From Eledone cirrhosa (lineage: Eukaryota), in assembly GCA_964016885.1 (NCBI GenBank), contig OZ024743.1, positions 295,368,001 through 295,432,000 of the forward strand: a stretch of DNA of 64,000 nt. Reading direction: 5' to 3'. Both the position numbers and the translations under genes were made by a program. The notes beneath the pieces were generated by a model. It was not told where the DNA came from. It ran no database searches and worked only from the letters and a program-made list of their open reading frames with translations. This document shows, in pieces, positions 13,111-24,003 of this stretch (its first letter is position 1; the number at the start of each line of letters is the position of its first letter).

Positions 13111-14398
13111 ATGAACATATATAAAAAGTTAGTGCCTCCCTGGTATAAGGATGCAAATTGGCAGAGTTGTTAGACCATCGCATGAATTGCTTTGCAGTAT
13201 TCGATGTTTTTTCTGGGCTCTGATTTCAAAGAAATTTAACTCAGAGAAAGTGATCGTGTCTGGAGAGGGCGTGGGCTCCACCAGGTCTAAATAAAATGCG
13301 CAAGAAACTCCGTATGTCTCTACAGTGGCCCTACGACTCTACTAGGTCATACATGCGTACCACACAGGTAGTATAATTTATAGTCAACAGAAGGACAAAA
13401 TGCGAATTTAAACTTTGTAGTATTCGAATTCCGAATACCAAAATTCCAACAATATATTGCAAAGTATTTTTAATTATTTCCGACACCTGAACGTTTCTAC
13501 CCACCTATCAGCCACTCAATTGGCCCTAGTATTATATATTTTGGCAACTGATCTTTTTTATTACTTTTATATCATAAGTTTTATGATCTCTAGTGAAGTA
13601 GATTATATGATTCCTACAGGACAATCATTAGTTTAGTATAGTGGTAATTCTGAAAGTTGTGTTATTAGTCTATTAAATAAGAGAACAGATAAATCAATTA
13701 GATTTGGAGGGGTGTAAGTACCTTTAAAATTGTAATACTCAGGCCCACTTAGCTTCATATCTGACATACCTGATCTGGCCTACCTGTGCATGTTTGTTTT
13801 AGTACCTACGTGTCAGTATCCGTATGTATGTATCTGTATGTATTTACCTATCTGGCCCATGTGTGTTTATGTATTTAGCTCTGTGGTATATATATATGTA
13901 TTTACCTACGTGACCCATGTAGGTTTGTATTTACCTATGTGGCCTACGAATTTATATATCTGGCTTGTTTGTGTATATATTTACATATCTGGCCTGTGTG
14001 TGTATGTATGTATTTATCTATCTCACTTATGTGTGTATGTGTGTATGTATGTATTTATCTATCTGACTTATGTGTGTATTTATTTACTTATCTGACCTAT
14101 GTGTGTGTGTGTGTGTATGTATTTCACTATATGTATGTATTTACCTATCTCGCCTGTATGTATGTATGTCCTATTTTCGGGTCGTCGGCAATTAACCGGC
14201 AACCCCACCAAGTTTACTTGGTGAGGAAGGTGATTTTTGAGACCCTGCTGGACAAAAACCAAAACCTGACAAAGGGCGGAAGAACTCAGAGGAGTCAAAC
14301 TGCAATCCAAAAGTGTGTAAATATGTCTGTATATATATATGTATATATATATATAGTTTTGCGAGGTTTTTGATATGAAATCGTGTGTCGAAACAAAT

Positions 14399-15050
14399 AT
14401 TGTTATACTTGGGGAGGGTCATATTTGTGTAATATTGCCAGAATTAATAACAGAACACACTCACTGTTTGGTTGGTTTTCGCTTTTCGCTGCTGTGTCTT
14501 TTATATCGGTTAATTTAATTTATTCGGTCCTCAATGTTGCCATTGACTGACCAACGGTCAAAATTACAGATACAATATAGACACAAACACATATATATAT
14601 AGTCTATCAAAGTTCTTTCGTTGCACATCTGCAACATCGTCAGAGATGCTATTGTTTCCTCCCGTTGCATTGTATATCTACGCCATCTTTATTTAGTCTG
14701 TTTATATATTTATTTGTTTGTTTTTTTTTTGTCTTCTTTGCGCATGCGTGTGTATAGTGTTTTCTTTGATGTGTGTTCGTGTTTTGTTTGATGTGTGTTC
14801 GTGTTTCGGTGACTGTTTATTGGTTAATGTATTCTATCTTTACTAGTGTGTGTTTATATGTGTTTGTTGTTATTGTGTTTGTGTATGTATTTATTTATTT
14901 ATCTATTTATTTATTTATTTATACTTCTCTTAGGTCAGTGTTGTTTGTGTGGGTGTTGTATTTATTCCATTCCTTTTTTCTGTTACAGGAGAAGGCAACT
15001 CATAAAACTGGGATAACTCCGACATAAAACCTGCGGCTCAGTAGATACCG
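14399..15050 (-). mobile_element. PLE family F-related 3' fragment with HHR (14607-14647)
   Basis: Terminus ttgttatacttggggagggtcat; minus strand CTGACGA-tgttgca..tgcaac-GAAAgaactt. Confidence 0.7.
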
Positions 15051-15594
15051 ATGATGTTGATCTTTTCTTCTTTTCGGGCTATAGCAACTGTCGCTCAGAG
15101 AGTGGGATTGTCTCAGTGCACAGTCTTTCCTCGCTTTAAAAAGAATCTTCACGCACAGGCATTGCACGGTAGCATTAATTGATAATTATTAATAATGTTA
15201 TATCGTGCAATGGCCATACTCGATAACGAGGGGGCGGCCATTATCATGTATGTATGTACCTATCTGGCCTGTATGTATGTATGTACCTATCTGGCCTCTG
15301 TCTGTATGTATTTATCTATCTGGCCCCTATGTATGTATTTAACTACCTGACCCTATGTGTGTATGTATTTACCTATGTGGCCTGCGTGTGTATGTATGTA
15401 CATATATAAGCTATGTGTGTCTATTTATCTATCTGAGCTATGCGTATATGTAGTTACCTATCTGGCTTGTGTGAGTATGTATTTACTTATCTAGCCTATA
15501 TGTGTATGTATGTACATATCTGACCTATGTGTGCATATATTTAACAATCAGCTCTATGTGTGTATGTATTTACCTATGTGTGTATGTATTTACC

Positions 15595-15788
15595 CAGACC
15601 TGTCAACTCTCCCCGTCGGTCGGGGAGATCTCCAACTCATTTTGGGGTGAGTGAAAGATGTCATCTCTTGTGAAAATTAGTATAGCTTTCATTATGTAAA
15701 ATCTCCCCATTTTGCCTCACTCATCCCCGTTTTGGGGTATCTTTTTCTTGGTAATCCCCGTTTGGGTTTTTAGAGGTTGAAAGATTTG
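15595..15788. mobile_element. hAT-like MITE
   Basis: Imperfect TIR CAGACCTGTCAAC/GTTGAAAGATTTG (10/13); 8-bp flanking duplication tatttacc, although the host is itself repetitive. Confidence 0.55.
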
Positions 15789-16222
15789 TATTTACCTGTC
15801 TGGCATATGTGTGTATGTATTTACCTATCTGAATTAACTGATCTGGCCTATCTGCTGTATGGGCTAGTTTTAATGACTGCGTGTTCGTGTATGTTTCTGT
15901 GAATGGATTTCTGTGTTGATCTGTATTTGTCTCTATGTTTTGATCACATATATCCACTGCAATACAAACCCCAACTACACAATATAAAAGCTATCTTTCA
16001 CATTTTGTTTATGAAGATCTATTTCACTCATATCACTGCTTTTACAAGTCAGGCATTGGATTATCTTAAAATATTTTAAGTGCCAATAATGTTTAATCCA
16101 TAACAAACTTCGTTGAATTTCTATATATATTTCTAAATGAAAATAGTTATTGCCATAAAGGTGATGATTGTGATGATGATAATAATGATGATGATGGTGA
16201 TGGTGATGATGGTAATTTTAAC

Positions 16223-16274
<52 letters not shown>

Positions 16275-16540
16275 TAGTAAATAACAATTAATTATAATAG
16301 TAATGTCTGCATTTGCTCGGAGGAACAAAGAATGGCGAGTATGGTGTTTGACTGTAAATACACAGACGCTTATTTTCCTCAAATAAGACACTTTTGTTTT
16401 ACCTTTATTATTATTGGTGTCTGTCTTGTTTATCAAATTGATAAAGACGTATTGTTGTTATTGTTAGAAAGAAGTGTGCAACAATAGGGAGAGAAAGGAA
16501 AATTTAAATGGAGAAAATGTGAGGACAGAGAGAATAAGAT

Positions 16541-16722
16541 AATTGTTTCTACTTCTGGCACAAGGCCAGCAATTATCCCAGTGTATTACTGGTACTTTAT
16601 TTTATCGATCCCGTAAGGATGAAAGCCAAAGTTAACCTCGAACTCAGACCACAAAGGGCCCTAACTCTTTGCTGCAAAGCATGGCGTCCAACCCTCTACC
16701 GATACTGCCAATCCACTGCCCA
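16541..16722 (-). mobile_element. tRNA-derived SINE (octopod type)
   Basis: Same family as 34619-34800. Confidence 0.85.
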
Positions 16723-16789
16723 CAGATAATGAGAGAGAAATAAATGAAGATATATATATATATATATATATACACAGTTCAACAGTAAA

Positions 16790-18580
16790 CAATATTAAAG
16801 AGAGAGATAGAGATAGGAGAGGAGAAGAGAGATTGGTCAATTAGTTAGAAGCCAAAGCGTAAAGGCATGTGTTCAATGTGCAATATGCAGTGGAAGGCAG
16901 CTAGGTGGCTGGGTTAATGCAGAAGTTAGGTGCACAGAGTTGGAAATATTCATTAGTTAAGCAAAACAAGACCACAAATTTCACAAGGAAGACATTATTA
17001 AAAGATTGTCAACATATTTTAGTTTGATGTAAGGAATGTAGAGAATAATAATAATAATATTAATAATAATAATGTCCGTTTACAATTGTTTCGCTACTCC
17101 ATATAATGTTTCTGGATCAAATGATTATAGATCATTATTGATCTGGTTCAGTTGAAAATAATTAACTTAGGTACAATTAGAGCAGCTCATCGGAACTTCA
17201 TAAGGAATATAAATTAAAATAAGGAAAGAATGTTACATGAATGTAATGTTCCATATATAGGTATTTTACTATGGTGTCCTGGGTATATCTATTGTCTGCC
17301 ATTAAAATCTCATTCTCCACAACACCTAACCTAGCTAGCCACATCGCATTAAGTAACCATCATAAACTAAGACAGTATAACTCACACACCGCGGTACCAC
17401 CACCTCCATCAAATACACCACACCACTACACCAATACTTACTCTAGTAGCACACCTCCTCCAGCTAATCCTTTTAGCACGGACCAACCGCATAGTTTAAA
17501 CAACCCTACTCTCACTAACCGCAGAAGTAACTGAAACTACCGTTACCATAATGCATACCCACTAAATGGACATTGCCTGACACCCAATATAGTTTATAGG
17601 TGCACAGTTAAAACTGCTTCGCATACCTGCTCCTATATCGGCTCTACCTCTAACCCTTTTAAGGTACGCTATAACACGCACTCCTATCCCTTCCGAGGCC
17701 CTAACAACAGATGTTCGACATCTCTAGCTAGGCTCATTAAAAACCTTAAATTAACCAACATTGAACATTCTCTAACATGGGATATCTTGGCTAGGGCTCA
17801 ACCGTTCAATGGACGAAAAAACTCTTGTGACCTCTGTTTTACCGAAGCATATTACATAACTCTATCACAACCTCTACCGATTAACGATAGAACGGAGGTA
17901 ACTATTAGCTGTCAACATCGAAGAGCTAATTCATTCGCCAGCAGAATATTTGACCCGACATAGTCATCTAGCCCCATTTTTACTTATAGCTAATAATTTA
18001 AATAGTTATAGCTAACTTAGATAATTATAAGTTACCTCCCTTACATTGTCTCTCAATTAAAAAATTAAAAAATTAGCACTTCTTAACTATAAACTACCCA
18101 CAATTTCTAATTTCTCGAGGAGTTACTTCCCCTGAAACCACGCTCGAATTAGTAAGGTAAATATGTCCATTGGCGGCCATCTTGTTACCCATAGGCAGAT
18201 CTCACACAATGCAGCCTCGACAGAAGAATACTGCTCGACTATGGCAGACAATAGATATACCCAGGACACCATACTGAAATACCTGTATATGGAATATTAC
18301 ATTACATTCATGTAATTTATATTCCTTTTGAAGTTCCGATGAGCTGGTCTAATTATACTTAAGTGAATTATTTTCAACTGAACCAGATCAATAATGATCT
18401 ATAATCATTTGATCCAGAAACATTATATGGAGTAGCGAAACAATTGTAAACGGACATTATTATTATTAATATTATTATTATTATTCTCTACATTCCTTAC
18501 ATGAAACTAAAACTATGTTGACAACCTTTTAATAATGTCTTCCTTGTGAAATTTGTGGTCTTGTTTTTCTTAACTAATGA

Positions 18581-18582
<2 letters not shown>
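16790..18582 (+). mobile_element. 5'-truncated Naiad-like PLE, family H, with inverted 5' arm; HHRs at 17078-17196 (-) and 18333-18451 (+)
   Basis: 16945-17302 is the reverse complement of 18241-18582; CCGATGA...GAAAC-AATT-GTA. Confidence 0.88.
17303..17963 (+). pseudogene. PLE linker plus GIY-YIG endonuclease remnant (mostly missed by the ORF track)
   Basis: After TGA at 17532: NYRYHNAYPLNGHCLTPNIVYRCTV..SYIGSTSNPFKVRYNTH..WDIL..CDLC..CQHRR, stop at 17961-17963. Confidence 0.9.
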
Positions 18583-18620
<38 letters not shown>

Positions 18621-18645
18621 TCATTAGTTAATATATATATATATA

Positions 18646-20375
18646 AGAAAATGATTGCACATGTGGTGGGGGCCAGCATAAAATTAACCCTTAAGGAACA
18701 TATGTTCAAATTTAATGGAAAAAAATATGCCCAAGAGGAAGGAGCAGCTATTGGTGTATGCATTGCAGGCGACATAGCTAACTTATTCATGATATGGTGG
18801 GACAGTAGACTTAAACTTAAACTTAAAGAAAAATTAGAAGACCCCTTAACACTGATAATGTACTCCCGCTGCGTTGATGAAACACCCCCACTAGAGAACA
18901 GTCAGGAATTAGAGAAAAACACAATGGAAAGCATCCAGAAAATAGCTAACTCCATCCACCAGAGTATTAGAGTTACTATAGACTACCCAAGTAAACACCC
19001 CAACCATCTATTACCTGTACTAGACACAGAGCTCTGGTTAGATACCATTAATAACAAAAAAGAAATCCTCCATTCCCATTATGCCAAACCCATGACTTCC
19101 AAATATCTGATCCACCGAAACTCAGCTGTTTCGGACCATACCAAAATCAACATACTGATTGCGGATTTGGTACGGGTGATGAGAAACGTGTCCCGCATGT
19201 TTAACCCCGAAGAACTAGAGAGACACATTCAACACTTCATCCAACGTATGCAGTTCTCTGGTTACAATCAGAGAGATAAAATCAGAGTGTATAGAGGAGC
19301 CAGAACCAAATGGGAAAAAATGGTAAATAATGACACAAATGGGACCTTCCCCTTGTATAGGAGCAAATTTTGGAATAGAATAGAAAGAACTAGGAATAAG
19401 GCTAATATAATAAACTCATGGTATGATAGCAATAAATACCAGAGTGTAATGTTCATCGATACAACCCCTAGAGGTGAATTAGCTTACTATTTAGAAGGGC
19501 CCTAGATAAACATAAACTCAATATTATGATAGTAAAAAGACCAGGTACCTCCGTAAAAATACTTATTAGCAAGACATACCCTTTTCAAAGACCCCCCTGT
19601 ATAGATAAGAAATGTATAACCTGTAAATTAGACCCTCATATTAACTGTAAAACTAGAAATGTAGTATATAGCATAAGATGTACTGAAGGACAATGTAGAG
19701 ACAAAAATATAGTGTACATAGGTGAGACAGCTCGTAGTGTAGGGGAACGGATAAATGAATACTTGCGAGACCTTCAAGATAGTAAATAATCATCTGTACT
19801 ATACCAACATGCTAAGATAGAACACAAGGGTAAATTAGAGAACATAGAAATAAAAATAGAATCTACACACAGAAAATACGCAATGTTTAGACAAATCACA
19901 GAGACAATAAACATAAAAGAATTACAACCAAAATTAAATAGAAAACATGAGTGGAACAGCAACATCACAACTTACAATTAAGGACAAAATGAAAACACAC
20001 ACGCACATAGAACAAACAACCAACCTGTAACATGTAAATAAACAAATAAATAAACGAATATAAACACACACAGACACCCGGATGTGGCGCATGCGCAGAC
20101 TGAGCACACAACACACACACAGAAACAAAATGGCGTAAGACAGAACAAAGGAGAGGCACAAAAACAAAGAAAAGAATCCCCAGTCACTGAAGATGTCACA
20201 GAATGTGTGATGAAAGAACTTTGACAATATATAAACAACCATCTGGTTGTGGAACCAACCAACCAACCGGAAATTTATAAATTCCTAAATTTATAAATTT
20301 ATTATAATAAATTGAAGTGAAACAACTGGTGCGTGTGTTTCTTATTGGAAACATGACCCTCCCAAAGTATAACAA
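18646..20375 (+). mobile_element. 5'-truncated non-Naiad PLE (possibly Nematis-like), family F: RT ~18651-19505, GIY-YIG ~19526-19980
   Basis: FKFNGKKYAQEEGAAIG..IANLFMIWWD, LPVLD, MQFSGY; CKTRNVVYSIRC..VYIGETARSVGERI; stops and frameshifts. Confidence 0.9.
20183..20225 (+). ncRNA. Minimal HHR, family F
   Basis: gtca-CTGAAGA-tgtcac..gtgat-GAAAG-aa-CTT-tgac. Confidence 0.6.
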
Positions 20376-20841
20376 TATATATATATATATATATATATGT
20401 GTGTATATTTATATGTGTGTGTGTGTGTGTGTGTAATGTGAATGTGTCTGTAGACACCTGAAATATGACAATAAGGACAGGCACCCAATATTTGAACTGG
20501 TTTATATAATTATCTTAGCCTTTGTCACTCTAAGTAGTGCTTTAAAGAATTAGACTTTAAAGAATTTCCATTTTCTTTAAACCCCCAACCATCTTATAGG
20601 CACCTGCAATATAGGCATTGTTGGCTTAAGAGAAACTTAAAAATAAGGAGTGGCACCCCAATTTGAACTTGTTTATAGAATTATTTCTGCCTTTGTCACT
20701 CTAAATATTAGTTATAGCTTTATAGAATTAGCTTTTAATGAATTCCCTTTTCTTTCAACCAATGACCTCCACCCATCCCACTCCCCACCCTCTCCTACCA
20801 CCAGAAAAGATATAAAGACCACCATATTTACTTGGACAGTC

Positions 20842-20892
20842 AGATTCCTGATGATTTCTCAAGAATGAAACAGTTCTAATCCTGTAGAATCT
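20842..20892 (+). ncRNA. Type I HHR, family C
   Basis: agattc-CTGATGA-tttctcaagaat-GAAACAG-loop-CTGTA-gaatct. Confidence 0.85.
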
Positions 20893-20997
20893 CATCTATA
20901 TTAAAACTTTTATACTCTGCTATGTATTGAGTAACTTACTTACTGTGGTTACCTCCGATTCAACACGGAATAACTTAACTATGTATATATATACTAA

Positions 20998-21431
20998 TGA
21001 CCGAAAGAATACGATCGCAAATAAAAGCGACCGAAATGGGGATCATCCGAAAGGTCTTTGGAGTAACGTTACTCAATAGAATGCGTAGCTCGGTAATAAG
21101 AATGTCACTCGCGGTAGAGCAGCTACTTCTCTGAATTGAGAGATCACAGCACGGATACTATGGGCATGTTGTTAGAATGTCTCAGGAAAGAATCGCTGGA
21201 CAGATTCTACGGGCGAAACCCAAAGGAGACCCAAAGTTAGACCCCGATCAAGATGGTTAGATAACATCCATGAGATTGGCTGGTCACGCTTGGAGATCCA
21301 GGCGGATCAAATAGAGACGGTAGCTTCTGACAGGACCCGCTGGAAGGAGTGTTTGAGGACCCTGCCCCCAACGACCCTCACAAGAAGAAGAAGAAGAAGA
21401 AGAAGAAGAAGAAGAAGAAGAAGAAGAAGAA
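20998..21431 (+). mobile_element. RTE-clade LINE 3' end with (GAA)n tail
   Basis: IKATEM..RKVFGVTLLNRMRS..YYGHVVRM..RPRSRWLDNI..DRTRWK; tail 21382-21431. Confidence 0.85.
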
Positions 21432-22410
21432 GAGAGAGGGAGAAAGAGACTTAGAAATAGAGAGATAAAGAGCGAAGGAGACAGACAGTCAGAGAATGAA
21501 AAGAGGCAAACTATCCAATCTATCAGTGGAATAGAATGGAAATGTGTTAAAATTATCGATCACTGTATAAAAAGACACATCACTTTCATTGAATGGTTAT
21601 GGATAAGACAGATTTATTTGATGGGGTTCATAGAACAGCTGAAACAGAAAGACGGCGAGATTCTCGTTTTTATTTTGTGTTGTTATTTTCTTCTTTTTTT
21701 GTGGTAGGTTATATTTTTGAGAGGGGTAGGAGATAAGGAAGGAACAAGGATGTTTACGAAAATAAAATATAATAAAATCACAGACTCAAAATAACTATCA
21801 AATAAAACGGACCACTAAAGCAAGCCAAATACTATTGATGTCCTTAGACATGATTGCTGTAAATGGTTCAACTGGCATAATATGTCATCTATTACTTGTT
21901 GTGAACGCCAGATAGATTTTAACTAGAATATAATGTTGAGTACCATGTTATTTATGAAACAATATTTGGGGGTTAAAAAATAAATTATCACTTCAAAAAC
22001 TTGTGTCGACGAAATCGTTAGAGTATCGGTGGTGATAACTTGCGGCATTTATTTCGGCTTTTGTTTTCTGATTACCATCCGAATGTGGACTACCCGAGTA
22101 GGAGATGTAATCTAACATTTGGTTTAGGATAACCACGTAGTCATCGGTTGCTTTTGTGGAGTTAACTTTGTTGTAATCATTCAGGCCATGCTTCTGGTTT
22201 ATGGCACTACCACCTGACGCCGAGGCCCTCAAAATGTCATGGTCTCTGCCCATACCTCCCTTATTGAACAGTAAAAGATATGCCACTAATGTCCTAACAA
22301 ATGGTTTCTTTTAAATGATTAAGGGACATGGTGTATCGTCTAACACTTCCCCTATACGATATCTATTTATGTAAAATCTGTCTCAAGCCAGGAGGCTAGT
22401 CAAGCCGGTG

Positions 22411-22600
22411 CTTATCCCTGTTTCGTGGCGTCAAGCGACCGAGAGTACTCGACTCCTCCCTCGACAGGATGCCATACCGTCGTAGGGTGAAACCGCCAAC
22501 CATTGCAGTTATTCATTTTCAACTGAGTATTCTGGAGCAACGTGAAATGAAGTATTTTGCCGTGAAGAACACAACACACAATCCTCCATTTGCCATGCGA
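22411..22600 (-). mobile_element. Old SINE-like repeat
   Basis: Minus strand tgtgttgtgttcttcacggcaaaatacttcatttcacgttgctccag resembles conserved SINE central domains; recognised by eye only. Confidence 0.45.
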
Positions 22601-24003
22601 TAGGCAGCACTTAGTCGTCAATATAATGCTGAATCATTGAGTAGAGAGCGCGAAAGGAGTGACTATACGTCTTATGTCCGTGTTAGTGTCTCATCAGTTA
22701 CAAATTGGCTTTGTAGACGTTTCGTTTTATGGATAGTCGGTAATACATGGTAACATTAGAAATATGAAATATCCATTTGATAATACGTGACGAAATAAAT
22801 CTAATACGTATTAATATAGAGGTGAAACTCGAACTGAAAACGAAAGACTTCTATACGTTTAACTATATAATTAGTGTACATTCACTCCATTTGAAATTTT
22901 CGGGCTAGCAGCAGTTTTTCGTCGAAGAAATATATTTCGCAATTTTTCACTCTGCCCACGATTGTTCTGAACAATTTGATCATGACGCTTCTTGCGTATT
23001 TACTGCAAAAACAATGTTCCTAACCAGTTAGGTTAAGAATTATCAACGTGTCACCTGACTTATATATATTCTGTCTCTATTTCACAAACCATTACTTATC
23101 TCTCCTTATGCTACATTTCTTCTCCATCATCATCACCATTACCCCCATTATTATGTTCATGCCCAGAATAAAGGGGAAATATGAGTAATAACATTATCGT
23201 ATGAACGTAGCAACATGTCTCATAAGCTGGAGGCTGTCGAGCACCAACTAAATTGTCAAGCACTTTTACTAAATTCATCTTCTATCAATGTATTCCCTTG
23301 CTGATATTCACCATCACATATTGAAAACGTTTAGATACAATAATTCTATGTTGTTATTGCAATTTGAGTATATCTAAACCTGTATTAACTTCGTGGAGTC
23401 CATCTTTCTTCTAAAACTAATAATTTGCTGATATTCTCATATATATATATCTCATTTTCTCATAAAACAGACACCTACCTGGAAATGTGACTGAGTTGAT
23501 GTTACTGTATTTAAGCTTATTCCTCCGCTGTTTTATAACATCCTTTGAATTTTATATGTGCCCTTCCTGGCTGGGTCACTATATCACAAGAAATCACGCA
23601 TCAAACTGTAAACGTACTCACAAAATAGCATACTTTAAATGGTTCCATGCAGTAAATAGATCATAGATCATGACCAAAGATATTCTACACTATTGAAACA
23701 AAGATAAATAAAATTGAACATACCTGGACATGAAATATAAAACATAAAATCTCAGCTCAATTACAAACCATAGTGTCACGTATGAAGTTTCTCTCAATAT
23801 CTACAATATATCTGCAAGTTCTACAACATTTTTATAAACTACTAGCAGAAGTTTAATTACTTTAAAGTACTTTTAATGATTCCATTCAATTATGAATATT
23901 GAGGCATTGAAAGTAAATACGGGTAAGTTTGAAAATATACAACAATAGCATCTACTCACCATATGTCAGACCGGCAAGACTGCAGTGGTGCTGAATAGAG
24001 GAG

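Larger units (their letters stand above)
13770..15860. repeat. Degenerate ~29-bp minisatellite (tatgtgtgtatgtatttacctatctggcc), interrupted by insertions
   Basis: Units at 13780-14170, 15245-15595 and 15790-15850. Confidence 0.85.

Noticed and set aside
23479-23605. Minus-strand segment bounded by good AG and GTAGGT splice-like sites
   Set aside because: Stops in all three frames and no other support.
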